Shown one piece after another: positions 20,499 to 30,092 of a stretch of DNA of 64,000 nt. The position numbers were made by a program, and so were the translations under genes. Under the pieces are notes generated by a model, which did no database searches, was not told the origin of the DNA, and saw only the letters and a program-made list of their open reading frames with translations. This DNA comes from a candidate division WOR-3 bacterium (lineage in GTDB: Bacteria; Hydrothermota; Tepidihabitantia; Tepidihabitantales; Tepidihabitantaceae). The stretch's first letter is position 1; each line of letters opens with the position of its first letter. The DNA is taken from contig CBFGIT010000002.1 in the NCBI GenBank assembly GCA_965648905.1, forward strand, positions 1 through 64,000. The letters run 5' to 3'.

Positions 20499-21560
20499 AT
20501 GAGAATCTTCAATGACCAGACTCCAATGACCAGATTCATCGCGGTCGGGCTGTGCCTGGCGGTTCTCTCTCCGGCCTGGGCTGCTTTCTCCAAGGTCGGG
20601 ACAACCGGCGCGTCGTTCCTCAAGATCAGCGTTGGCCGGGCTACCGGCATGGGTGATGCGTTTGCCGCGGTCGCCGACGACCCATCGGCGTGCTTCTTCA
20701 ACCCGGCCGGACTCGCCCGGGTCAGCCGGCAGATTCAGCTCAACCACGCCAACTGGATTGCCGACATCAACCACGACCATCTCGTGGCGGTACTGCCGCT
20801 GGCCAGCCTAGGCACAATCGCCTTCAGCGCCACGGCTCTGACCATGGGCGACATGGAACAGACGACGATCGACAACCCGAGCACCCGGACGCGCGAAGAC
20901 GAGGGCACCGGACTCTACTTCGGTGCGGCCGACTTTGCGGTGGCGGCGAGCTATGCCCGAATCATCACTGACAAACTCTCATTCGGGCTCACGGCCAAGG
21001 CTGTCACTCAGACGGTCTGGGACATGTCTGCCTCGGCCGTCGGCGCGGACTTAGGCCTTCACTACAACACCGGGTTCCGCTCCCTGCGCATCGGTGCCGC
21101 GGTCACCAACTACGGCACCCAGCTCAGCTTCACCGGACGTCAGCTCGACTACTCCTTCTTCTGGACCGACTCCGGGCCATCCAGCATCCAGGGAAGTTAC
21201 AAGACCACGCCGGCCGGACTGCCCACCAGCTTCCGGTTCGGCGTCGCCTATGACATCCTGGAAGGGCCGGACAACCGCCTGACCACCGCGCTCGACATCA
21301 CTCACCCGTCAGACATCAACGAAACGGTCAACTTCGGGCTTGAGTACGCGTACGGCGACATCTTCTCCCTGCGCGGCGGCTACATTCTGAACGCCGACAG
21401 CAAGTATCAGGAGTTGGTCGGCTGGATGACCGGGCTCTCAGCCGGCCTAGGGGTCAAAGCCAGCCCGGCTGCAGGCCTGAAGCTCGGCCTCGACTATGCG
21501 TTCCGCTATCTGCAGTGGGTGAAGCCGACTCATCGGCTGGCCCTGACCGTTGGCTTCTAG
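20499..21560 (+). CDS. PorV/PorQ family outer-membrane beta-barrel
   Basis: GTTGASFLKI...RATGMGDAF.A.ADD.SA.FFNPAGL, GLEY, LDYAF, C-terminal F. Confidence 0.88.
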   Translation: MRIFNDQTPMTRFIAVGLCLAVLSPAWAAFSKVGTTGASFLKISVGRATGMGDAFAAVADDPSACFFNPAGLARVSRQIQLNHANWIADINHDHLVAVLPLASLGTIAFSATALTMGDMEQTTIDNPSTRTREDEGTGLYFGAADFAVAASYARIITDKLSFGLTAKAVTQTVWDMSASAVGADLGLHYNTGFRSLRIGAAVTNYGTQLSFTGRQLDYSFFWTDSGPSSIQGSYKTTPAGLPTSFRFGVAYDILEGPDNRLTTALDITHPSDINETVNFGLEYAYGDIFSLRGGYILNADSKYQELVGWMTGLSAGLGVKASPAAGLKLGLDYAFRYLQWVKPTHRLALTVGF

Positions 21561-23703
21561 TCAATCACCGTTCCGAACAGCAGGGGCACGGCTTGCCGTG
21601 CCCCTGCTGCTGCTGTTCGCCGGTCCGGCCCCGGCCGCACAGTGGACCGTGGCCGTGTACATGGCCGCAGACAACGGGCTCGCCGACCAGGCCTACCTTG
21701 ACCTGGCCGAGATGATGCAGCTTGGCTCATCGTCCGAGCTGAACATCGTCGTTCAGGTTGACCGGCCCGCGCGTGACTCAAATCCCGGTTGTCGTCGGTA
21801 TCTGGTGCGGAATGGAAGGCTTGAGCTACTCGAAGAGCTGGCTGAGACCGACATGGCCGATTCTTTGACTCTTGCCCGGTTCGGCCGGTTTGTCAAGAAC
21901 CGGTATCCGGCAAAACAGCACTGTCTCGTGCTCTGGGACCATGGCAGCGGCTGGACCGAAGGCTACGGCCCAAGCCGGGCCATCTTCATTGACGAGTCGC
22001 ACCGGCACATGATGGGCGTGGCTGGCGGTGAGCTGGCTGCCGGTGTTGCCGGGTATCGAGACGAACTCGGCCGCAAACTCGACGTGCTTGCCTTTGATGC
22101 ATGCCTGATGGGCATGATTGAGGTCGCAACCGAGGTCAGGCATGAATGTCAGTACCTGCTTGCCTCTGAAGGTGCGGTTGTCTGGGGCGGGCTGGACTAC
22201 GCCAGCTTCCTGACCCACCTGACCGGGGCCGGTACGATGCCGGAACGTCTCACACGGGTCAGTCACGACTATGTAGCCGCGTATCCGGATGTCTGTGTCT
22301 GCATGTCGGCGTTGGATGTCCAGGAACTCGACAAGGCCTTGCCGGTGCTCAGGACTTGCCTCTCCGGGCTCACAACCAACGACTCTACGACTGTCTCTTT
22401 CCTGCGCACAGCACGAGCCCAGGTGCAGACCTTTGCCCCAGTGCTCACCCGGCCGCCGTGCCGCACCGACGACCAGGTTGACCTCATTCACCTCTTCGAG
22501 CTTTTTCCCGGCGCTGACTCGCTGGTTCGAACGCTCAAGCGGGTCGTGGTCGCCAATGCCGCGTCCGAAAGCCTGCCCAATGCCCGTGGACTTGCGGTCT
22601 GGTTCCCGAACCGGTATCTCGCGCTCAAGAACGCGATTCGTTCTTATCAGAAGCTTGAGTTCGCCAGCGCGGTGCCATGGCCGCAGTTTCTGAACAACTT
22701 CTTCGGCAAGGATGATATCAAGCCATCCCAGCCGACACTCGCCGTACCCCGGCCTGGCCGGCGCGGCGATGTTCGGCTGTCCTGGACCAGCTCAGCCGAC
22801 CTTGCTCCGGTCAGGTACGACCTTGTCGAATTCACCGGCCCAACCGAGGTGATGGCGGACAACTGCGAGAATCTTAGCCGCTGGACCGGCTCGGGCTGGA
22901 CGCTCGGTACCGGGCAGGTTCGATCCGGCTCCTATTCGTTCTATTCGGGCACAGGCGCGAATCTCGACCACCGACTGGCGATGGCCGGGCCGCTGGACAT
23001 GCACGCGGGCGGGCTGCTCTCGCTCTACGCCTGGTATGCGACTGAAGAAACCGAGGATTCACTGGGCAGTATGGTTCGCGACATCTGCTACATTGAATGG
23101 ACGCGCGACCGCACCCAATGGCAGCCGCTCGACTCGCTCTACGGGTCGGAACGAGCATGGCACGAGCGGCGCTATGTCCTGCCAAAGTCCGAGAGTCTGT
23201 ACCTTCGATTCCGGTACGTCACCAACGCCGCCAACCACGGCCCGGGTGTCTACTTTGATGACCTGAAAGTCTACCGGTTTGATGCACTCCGTCCCGTCGC
23301 CAGCACCACGGACACAACAGCCTATGTCTTCAACCGGCCGCGCGACACCGCCGGCTACTACTACCTGGTGACCGCACGTGACTCGTTCGGCAACGTCTCA
23401 ATGGCGAGCCAGTTCTCTGCACCGGCGGCAATAGAGTGGTGGGCCGAACCCTACACATTGCCTGCGCCCTTTGCTGGTCCGTGCCAACTGGTCCTTGACT
23501 TTCCGGAAGGAAAGACGCCGGACGTCTCAATCTACACCCTGTCTGGAACACTACTGCGGCAGTTCAGGAACGTGACATCGAAGCAACTCGACTGGAATGG
23601 CTGCAACCAAGCAGGCAAGCCTCTTGCTGACGGGCTTTACTTGGTCTCGGTCCGGGCTCCGGGGTTCCACGTCTTGGGCAAGATCGCCTGCGTCCACCGC
23701 TAG
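21550..23703 (+). CDS. Clostripain-related (C11) peptidase with C-terminal FlgD/T9SS-like domain
   Basis: WTVAVYMAADNGL, VLWDHGSGW, FDACLMG..EVA, LLASE; CTD WNGCNQAGKPLADGLYLV; start uncertain (21550 TTG or 21598 GTG). Confidence 0.88.
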   Translation: MASSQSPFRTAGARLAVPLLLLFAGPAPAAQWTVAVYMAADNGLADQAYLDLAEMMQLGSSSELNIVVQVDRPARDSNPGCRRYLVRNGRLELLEELAETDMADSLTLARFGRFVKNRYPAKQHCLVLWDHGSGWTEGYGPSRAIFIDESHRHMMGVAGGELAAGVAGYRDELGRKLDVLAFDACLMGMIEVATEVRHECQYLLASEGAVVWGGLDYASFLTHLTGAGTMPERLTRVSHDYVAAYPDVCVCMSALDVQELDKALPVLRTCLSGLTTNDSTTVSFLRTARAQVQTFAPVLTRPPCRTDDQVDLIHLFELFPGADSLVRTLKRVVVANAASESLPNARGLAVWFPNRYLALKNAIRSYQKLEFASAVPWPQFLNNFFGKDDIKPSQPTLAVPRPGRRGDVRLSWTSSADLAPVRYDLVEFTGPTEVMADNCENLSRWTGSGWTLGTGQVRSGSYSFYSGTGANLDHRLAMAGPLDMHAGGLLSLYAWYATEETEDSLGSMVRDICYIEWTRDRTQWQPLDSLYGSERAWHERRYVLPKSESLYLRFRYVTNAANHGPGVYFDDLKVYRFDALRPVASTTDTTAYVFNRPRDTAGYYYLVTARDSFGNVSMASQFSAPAAIEWWAEPYTLPAPFAGPCQLVLDFPEGKTPDVSIYTLSGTLLRQFRNVTSKQLDWNGCNQAGKPLADGLYLVSVRAPGFHVLGKIACVHR
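21578..21609. repeat. REP-like perfect palindrome
   Basis: CAGCAGGGGCACGGC-TT-GCCGTGCCCCTGCTG, 15-bp arms. Confidence 0.7.
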
Positions 23704-23733
23704 TCCCGGTCACCCAGGCGAACCTATCGGGCG

Positions 23734-23762
23734 AAGAAAGAGCCCCGGCATGAGCCGGGGCT
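23734..23762 (-). terminator. Intrinsic terminator between convergent genes
   Basis: AGCCCCGGC-ATGA-GCCGGGGCT hairpin; pyrimidine tail CTTTCTT on the minus strand. Confidence 0.65.
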
Positions 23763-23780
23763 TGGGAGGTGGGATTGAAA

Positions 23781-24608
23781 CTAGTGCTGAATCAGGCGCA
23801 GGCCTTTGACCGTCTGGTACCAGGACTTAATCTGGATTGTGCCTGAGCCAAGGTTCTTGCCGTCAAGATGGATGAGCGCGTAGTAGCCGTCAGTCTTGGT
23901 GTAGACCGCCATCAGGAACGGAGTTTGGTCGATCTCCTGATAGTTCGCGTAGACCGTCTCCGTGTGCTCGGGCAGAGGGTCGTTCTCGGCGCCAGCTACT
24001 TTGGCGATGGCGTTGACCCGCCAAGCACCGGTCGGCACCACGCCGGCTGCGCCCGGGTCGCTGCCCACGGCGATGTCCGGGCTGGCAATACAATACTCCG
24101 GTCCGGCAAATCCGGTCGCAAAGTCGGTCAGGTAGATGTCAACCGATGCGGCATTGCCGGCCTGAGTCATCGAGTAGGTTGTCGCCGTGCCCGCGGTCTT
24201 GGTCCAACCGTAGCCGGAGTTGCCGGCAGCGTTGAGTTCAGAAAGCGAAGTCGCCGCGTTGGCAACCGGCGCAGTCGAGGGCGTGGTTGTGGCCGCATAC
24301 TCGGTGCTGCCGAACAGAGCAACGACCTTGTAGGAACCGGTCTTGCCGGCCGGGTTGTGGGTTGCCTCGGTCACGGTCACGGTGCAAGCAGGCACTTCCG
24401 CGGTTGTTCCGGTTTCCTTGAAGTACACGATGTACTTGTCCGGGGTTCCTTCGCTGGGTGCAGTCCACTTGATCTTGACCGTGGATGACGTGGCTGCCTC
24501 GAGCTTGACGTCGGTCGGTTCACTGCCGGTCACCTCGGTACAGCGGATAAGTGTCAGTGCGGTGATGGCGAAGATGCCGACTGCCGCGATTGCGAATAGC
24601 TTCTTCAT
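23781..24608 (-). CDS. FN3-domain lipoprotein
   Basis: AGGAG RBS, MKKLFAIAAVGIFAITALTLIRC signal, FN3-like PTDVKL...IKWTAP..Y.VY. Confidence 0.8.
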   Translation of the reverse strand: MKKLFAIAAVGIFAITALTLIRCTEVTGSEPTDVKLEAATSSTVKIKWTAPSEGTPDKYIVYFKETGTTAEVPACTVTVTEATHNPAGKTGSYKVVALFGSTEYAATTTPSTAPVANAATSLSELNAAGNSGYGWTKTAGTATTYSMTQAGNAASVDIYLTDFATGFAGPEYCIASPDIAVGSDPGAAGVVPTGAWRVNAIAKVAGAENDPLPEHTETVYANYQEIDQTPFLMAVYTKTDGYYALIHLDGKNLGSGTIQIKSWYQTVKGLRLIQH

Positions 24609-24637
24609 GATACTCCTTTTCCTCTTGTCCTGCGAAA

Positions 24638-24916
24638 TTAGCGCCCAACCTTGGGCGGCTTGCCGGTCGGCGCCTTGGGTGTCGGCGCCGGCGTGCTGCT
24701 GCCTTTGGCCGCGGGCTTCTTGGCACTCATGTCGGCGATTACCTTGGCCAGGGAATCGCACTCTGCGGTCTTCTTGGCCAGGTCCATCTTGGCCTGGTCC
24801 AGTTCCTGGGTCAGCTTGTCGACCTGTCCCTGGAGCTCAGTCACCTTCTTGGTGTCCTGGCATCCGATGACGAATACTACTGCGAGTATCGCCATAGCGG
24901 CTACGAGCTTTCTCAC
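24638..24916 (-). CDS. Small coiled-coil lipoprotein
   Basis: AGGAGG RBS, lipobox VIGC, heptad coiled coil, Pro/Lys-rich tail. Confidence 0.8.
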   Translation of the reverse strand: MRKLVAAMAILAVVFVIGCQDTKKVTELQGQVDKLTQELDQAKMDLAKKTAECDSLAKVIADMSAKKPAAKGSSTPAPTPKAPTGKPPKVGR

Positions 24917-25006
24917 ATGTTCCTCCTTTTTGGCGTACTGTGAGCCGTTGCTACTTCATCTGTCCGGGCAACCGGCCGCTGTCCGACCGCCCGGCATTAC
25001 TTCTCT

Positions 25007-25627
25007 TCACAGAAGCACCCTCAACTCGGACGGGTGCCGTATGGGCATAATTGTAGGCCCGGCCAACCGCATGTCAAGAACACGGGTCCGGCGAACCAGT
25101 AGGCCTTTGGGTCTATCTACCGGGCGCTCATGCCGTTCCTTCCGCTCGGGCTGTTCGAGTCGCAGAAAGGGGCCGAGCAGCCTTGTGCCCTGCCGTGCTA
25201 TCTCGTTAGTCAGGATGCTGGAGCCGACTGAAACGCGGGCCTCGGCCCGAAAGAGAGTACATCCCGTGACAATAAGCCAGACAAGCATCAGCCCCTTGGC
25301 CAGGCCTAGCCCGGCCCCGAGCAGCCGGTCGAACCAGCCAAGCGGGGTATGGTGCAGAAGCCGGCTGGTAAGCCCGCCGATTGCGCCGGCAACCACGACC
25401 ACGACCAGAAATGTCAGGACATAGCCTAGGAACCTGGCCCAGGCCGGATGGGAAATGACGACCAGGACCCAGTGGCCGGCCTGACCGCCATAGCGCCATG
25501 CCAGATACCCGCCGGCAACGATGCCGATCAGAACAAACAGGTCCTTGACCAAGCCCCGAGCCGCGCCAAGCAGGACAAAGCAGACAAGCAAGGCAAGAGT
25601 GATGGCATCAACAATCGTCATCGGCAT
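25007..25627 (-). CDS. cvpA: CvpA (colicin V production) family membrane protein
   Basis: VD...G..RGLVK...DRLLGAGLGLAKG. Confidence 0.85.
   Translation of the reverse strand: MPMTIVDAITLALLVCFVLLGAARGLVKDLFVLIGIVAGGYLAWRYGGQAGHWVLVVISHPAWARFLGYVLTFLVVVVVAGAIGGLTSRLLHHTPLGWFDRLLGAGLGLAKGLMLVWLIVTGCTLFRAEARVSVGSSILTNEIARQGTRLLGPFLRLEQPERKERHERPVDRPKGLLVRRTRVLDMRLAGPTIMPIRHPSELRVLL
25050..25077 (-). promoter_or_regulatory. Sigma70-type promoter for the two lipoprotein genes, inside the cvpA 3' end
   Basis: TTGACA-16 bp-TACAAT on the minus strand. Confidence 0.5.
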
Positions 25628-25770
25628 GACTCGACCGAATCAGTCAGGCGCAGCCACGTTCAGAAGATACGCGCTCGCCGGAGTTTGTCAATCTGCGCCG
25701 GCTCTTGCCCACAAGGTGACGGCCCGGTATAATCCGGCCACAATGAGTAGTCTCACCAGACGGAGTCGAG

Positions 25771-26955
25771 TTGGACCTGTTTGACAAGTGCGCGCAGTTC
25801 GGTCAGATGCTCTTAGCCGTCCGAGGGCAGAACCGGTTCTTCTACTCGCGGGCAATCTGTCCGGCTGCCGCGCCGGTGACTACTCGGGCCGGGAGAGAGC
25901 TCGTCAACCTCGGCTCAAACAACTACCTCGGTCTGACCGAGCATCCCGCGGTCAAGACCGCAGCCTGCCTTGCGATTGAGCAGCATGGAACCGGCTCGGC
26001 CGGCTCGCGGCTGCTGACCGGCACGACTCCGCTCCATCTGGAAATGGAGCAGCAACTGGCCCGGTTCAAGGCCGAGGAGTCGGTCGTAACGTTCTCGACC
26101 GGGTTCATGGCCTTGTCGGCAACCGTCAGCACCTTGGCCGGCGAAGGTGACTTCGTCTTCTCGGACGAGCTGAATCATGCCTCAATCATCGACGGCTGCC
26201 GCCGCACCAAAGCCGCGACCGTGGTCTACCGTCACAGCGACATGGCCGACCTTGAGGAGAAGCTGCGCCGTGTTCCGCCAGATTCAGGTAAGTTGATTGT
26301 CACTGACGGTGTTTTCTCCATGGAGGGAGACGTCTGTGACCTGCCGGCCCTGCGCAGCTTGGCCGACACCTACAATGCGCGGCTGATGGTGGACGACGCC
26401 CACGCGACCGGTGTGCTGGGAAAGACCGGACGCGGCACGGCCGAGCATTTCGGGCTTGAGGGCAAAGTGGACGTCGTGTCAGGCACGCTCTCCAAGTCCC
26501 TGGCCGCGGTCGGTGGTTTCACTGCCTCGACTCAGCCGGTCACGGAGTTCCTGCGTTATAATGCCCGTCAGTCGGTCTTCTCGGCCAGCCTGCCGCCTGC
26601 GGTCGCGGCCACGGTCATTGTCGCGCTCAGGGTCATCGAGACCGAGCCGGAACGGGTCGAGAGACTGAGACACAACTCAAGCCACGTTGCTGCGGCGTTG
26701 AGGGACGCGGGGTTCTCAGTAGCATTTCACGGTACGCCGATTCTGCCGATTGTCATCGGCGACGACGATACCGCGTACCGGTTTGCCGGTCGGCTTGAGC
26801 AGGAAGGTGTGTTTGTCAACCCGGTGGTGTATCCGGCTGTGCCGCGCGGCCGGGCGATAATCCGCATCAGTCTGATGGCGACCCACACCGAAGAACACCT
26901 GGAACGTGCCCTGGCCCGATTGACACTAGTGGGCCGCGAGCTCGAGGTGGTGTAG
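25771..26955 (+). CDS. Alpha-oxoamine synthase, serine palmitoyltransferase-like
   Basis: GSNNYLGLT, GSRLLTGT, FSTGF, NHASIIDG, DGVFSMEGD, DDAH, GTLSKSLA..GGF, FSASLPP, LMATHT. Confidence 0.8.
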   Translation: MDLFDKCAQFGQMLLAVRGQNRFFYSRAICPAAAPVTTRAGRELVNLGSNNYLGLTEHPAVKTAACLAIEQHGTGSAGSRLLTGTTPLHLEMEQQLARFKAEESVVTFSTGFMALSATVSTLAGEGDFVFSDELNHASIIDGCRRTKAATVVYRHSDMADLEEKLRRVPPDSGKLIVTDGVFSMEGDVCDLPALRSLADTYNARLMVDDAHATGVLGKTGRGTAEHFGLEGKVDVVSGTLSKSLAAVGGFTASTQPVTEFLRYNARQSVFSASLPPAVAATVIVALRVIETEPERVERLRHNSSHVAAALRDAGFSVAFHGTPILPIVIGDDDTAYRFAGRLEQEGVFVNPVVYPAVPRGRAIIRISLMATHTEEHLERALARLTLVGRELEVV

Positions 26956-28776
26956 GTGGCTGTTGAACAGGAAGCGGTCGAGCCCGACACCATCTACGCG
27001 CGGTTCGCGGCCACGGCCGAGAGGTTCGGCGACCGACCGGCCCTGCTGCACAAGAAGGACGGCGAGTACCAGGCAATCACCTACCGCCAGATGATGCAGG
27101 CGGTTGCCGAGCTGGCCGCGGGTCTGGCCCAACGCGGGGTTACACCGGGCGACCGGGTTGCCATTTACTCCTACAACCGGCCCGAGTGGATTGTCACTGA
27201 CCTGGCGGTTGCGCGGCTCGGTGCGGTGCTTGTGCCGATTTACCACACGCTGCCCGAAGACTCGGTTCGCTACATCCTGAACGATGCTGAGGCCGGGGTC
27301 CTGGTGGTTGAGACGCCCGAGCTTCTCGCCATGATCGACCGGGTCCTGGCTGGAGTGGGTTCGCTCCGTCACATCGTCGCGCTGTTCCGGGTGACCGAGA
27401 CCGAGAAAGAACACCGGGTGAAGCTTGAGAGCTACGAACGTCTGCTCAAGGATGGAGCCGAGGCACTGGAGCTCAAGTCCGCGCTTGGTGCGCCGTACCC
27501 GGCCCGGCCCGATGACCTGTTCACCCTCTGCTATACCTCGGGGACCACGGGCGAGCCCAAAGGCGCGATGCTCACCCACGCCAATATCCTGTCGAACGTG
27601 ACCACTGCCATCCGACGCTTCAGCATCAACGAACATGACGTGCTCGTCTCATTCCTGCCGCTCTGTCACATGTTCGAGCGTACCTGCGGTCACTACTCGG
27701 TGCTGCTTGCCGGCGGCGCAGTCGCCTATGCCGAGTCGGTTCAAACCGTGGCCGCAGACGTGCAGAAGGTCAGGCCGACAATCATGATTGTCGTGCCGCG
27801 GGTGCTCGAGAAGGTCTATGCCGCGGTGCAGGAGCGGGTTCTGGCCGGGCCCTGGCACAAACGGCAGTTGATGATTGCAACGCTCAAGACCTACAGCCAG
27901 TGTGGTCGACTCAAAGCCGGTCGCCGGCGCATCGGGCTCTGGCTCGGATTGAAACATTGGCTCCTGGGCCGGCTCGTGGTCAGCAAACTGGTCAGACTGG
28001 GCGGCGGCCGGCTCCGGCTCCTGGTTTCAGGCAGCGCACCGCTCGAACGCCGGCTTGCCCGTACAATTCGTAACCTGGGGTTCAATCTGCTTGAAGGATA
28101 CGGCCTGACCGAGACTTCGCCGGTAGCCTGTGCTCAGGTGCCGGGTGAGGAAGTCGTTGGCACAGTCGGCAAGCCCTTTGACGGGGTCGAGGTTAGAATC
28201 GGGGCGAACGACGAAATCCTGATTCGCGGGCCGAACGTGATGAAGGGTTACTTCAACAGACCTGAAGAAACCGCCAGAGCAATTGACCGCGACGGCTGGT
28301 TTCACACCGGTGACCAGGGCCGGTTCGATGAGAAAGGCAACCTGGTCATCACCGGTCGGCTCAAAGAGATCATCGTCAACTCCTATGGCAAGAACCTGGC
28401 CCCGGTGCCGATTGAACTGGCGCTGGCCGGGTCCAAGTACGTCGAGCAGGCAATCGTGCACGGCGACCGCAGGCCGTTCCTTGTCGCCCTTATTGTCCCG
28501 GCCCGGCTCGCGCTTGAGGCGTTTGCCCGCGAATCGGGCATCGTGTTCCAGGACTTCCGCGAGCTGCTCGACCATCCTCGCGTGCTCGAACTTTACCAGA
28601 ACGAAATCAGCCGGACTCTGGTCGGGTTTGCTCAGTACGAGCAGGTCAGAAAGTTCCGGCTCATTCCCGAGCCGTTCACGGTCGAAAACGGCCTGCTTAC
28701 CCCTTCGCTCAAAGTACGGCGGCCTAATGTCCTCGCTGTGTACCGGGAAGAGCTGGACAGGCTGTATGCAGACTAA
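26956..28776 (+). CDS. fadD: Long-chain fatty acid--CoA ligase
   Basis: YTSGTTGEPKG, FLPLCHMFER, EGYGLTETSP, GWFHTGD, ITGRLKE..V...GKN.AP..IE, LLTPSLK. Confidence 0.9.
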   Translation: MAVEQEAVEPDTIYARFAATAERFGDRPALLHKKDGEYQAITYRQMMQAVAELAAGLAQRGVTPGDRVAIYSYNRPEWIVTDLAVARLGAVLVPIYHTLPEDSVRYILNDAEAGVLVVETPELLAMIDRVLAGVGSLRHIVALFRVTETEKEHRVKLESYERLLKDGAEALELKSALGAPYPARPDDLFTLCYTSGTTGEPKGAMLTHANILSNVTTAIRRFSINEHDVLVSFLPLCHMFERTCGHYSVLLAGGAVAYAESVQTVAADVQKVRPTIMIVVPRVLEKVYAAVQERVLAGPWHKRQLMIATLKTYSQCGRLKAGRRRIGLWLGLKHWLLGRLVVSKLVRLGGGRLRLLVSGSAPLERRLARTIRNLGFNLLEGYGLTETSPVACAQVPGEEVVGTVGKPFDGVEVRIGANDEILIRGPNVMKGYFNRPEETARAIDRDGWFHTGDQGRFDEKGNLVITGRLKEIIVNSYGKNLAPVPIELALAGSKYVEQAIVHGDRRPFLVALIVPARLALEAFARESGIVFQDFRELLDHPRVLELYQNEISRTLVGFAQYEQVRKFRLIPEPFTVENGLLTPSLKVRRPNVLAVYREELDRLYAD

Positions 28777-28818
28777 GTCCGAGACTCGGAGTCCGAAGCA
28801 CGAACGAGCAGACCGGCC

Positions 28819-29538
28819 ATGTTTGCCGCGCTGATTGTTGCCGCTGCGGCTGCGACCACACCGGCGGACTCCGCGTGCGCGCGGGCTGCGTACATGCTTT
28901 TCAACCGCCACGAGAATCCGACCTGGCTCGACTCAGCCGGCCGGTTGCTCGCTGCAACCCGCGCAACCGAGCCCAGGCACGAGCGCTGCCTCTATCTCTG
29001 GTCCAGATTCCATACTACCAGGGGTGATGAGGCTCGAACAGACAAAGACAAGCTGGCCTGCTACTCCCGGGCCAAGGCGATTGCCGAGACCCTGATTCAG
29101 GTCAATGATGCCAATCCGGACGGACACATCTGGTGGGGAGTTGCTCAGGGCCGCATTGGCCAGGTCAGAGGTGTGCTCAACTCGCTCTTCATGGTTCCCG
29201 GGCTGAAACGGGCTTTCAACCGCACACTGGAGCTCGATTCGGGCTATGCCACAGCCTGGGATGCGCTCGGCGTGCTCTACTACGAGCTGCCGGGATTTGC
29301 CGGCGGCAGCCTGACCCTGTCTGAGCAGTACTTGAGACGAGGCATTGCTGCTGACCCGAACTACACGCTCATCCGGCTCGACCTTGCCAAGGTGCTGGTC
29401 AAGCAGAAACGCTGGGCCGAGGCCCGAGTTGAGCTTGAGAGACTACTTGCCATCAAGCATCCGACCTTTCCGGCCGACTATGTCAACGACGACCGGCCTG
29501 AGGCCGAGAAGCTGTTAGAGCAAATCAAAGCCAAATAG
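28819..29538 (+). CDS. Secreted TPR-like helical protein
   Basis: Signal-like N-terminus; GH.WWGVAQGRIG, LGVLYYELPGFAGG, helical repeats. Confidence 0.75.
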   Translation: MFAALIVAAAAATTPADSACARAAYMLFNRHENPTWLDSAGRLLAATRATEPRHERCLYLWSRFHTTRGDEARTDKDKLACYSRAKAIAETLIQVNDANPDGHIWWGVAQGRIGQVRGVLNSLFMVPGLKRAFNRTLELDSGYATAWDALGVLYYELPGFAGGSLTLSEQYLRRGIAADPNYTLIRLDLAKVLVKQKRWAEARVELERLLAIKHPTFPADYVNDDRPEAEKLLEQIKAK

Positions 29539-29547
29539 GAGAAGACA

Positions 29548-30051
29548 ATGCCCAATACCAAGGAGAACCTTCAAGCAGCATTTGCCGGCGAGAGCCAGGC
29601 CAACCGCAAGTACCTTGCCTTTGCCCGGAAGGCCGAACAGCAGGGATTTGTCCAGGTCGCCCGGCTGTTCCGGGCTGCGGCCGAAGCCGAGACCATTCAC
29701 GCCCATGCCCACCTGCGCGTGATGGCCGGGGTCAAAGACACCAGGGAGAACCTGAAGGGCGCAATCGCGGGCGAGAACCACGAGTTCGTTTCAATGTACC
29801 CGGAGTTCCTTAAGCTGGCTGAGCAGGAGAAGAACGCCGCGGCCGCAACCTCATTCCGGTTTGCTCTGGCAGTTGAGGAAATACACCACCGGCTCTACAA
29901 CGAGGCGCTTGAGGCGGTGGAAGCCGGGAAAGACCTGCCCAAGCAGGACATCTATGTCTGCCCGGTCTGCGGCAACACGGTCTACGGCAACCCGCCGGAC
30001 CAGTGCCCAATCTGCCAGGCCCGGCGCGACCTCTTCTTCAAGGTCGATTAG
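29548..30051 (+). CDS. rbr: Rubrerythrin
   Basis: AFAGESQANRKY, ETIHA, EEIHH, C-terminal CPVCG...CPIC. Confidence 0.94.
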   Translation: MPNTKENLQAAFAGESQANRKYLAFARKAEQQGFVQVARLFRAAAEAETIHAHAHLRVMAGVKDTRENLKGAIAGENHEFVSMYPEFLKLAEQEKNAAAATSFRFALAVEEIHHRLYNEALEAVEAGKDLPKQDIYVCPVCGNTVYGNPPDQCPICQARRDLFFKVD

Positions 30052-30092
30052 GCCCGGCCTGCCGCGGCCGGTTCGCCGGGCTGGAACCGGTC

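Noticed and set aside
25771..26955. Calling this gene bioF
   Set aside because: No bio operon context and motifs are closer to SPT; left without a symbol pending phylogeny
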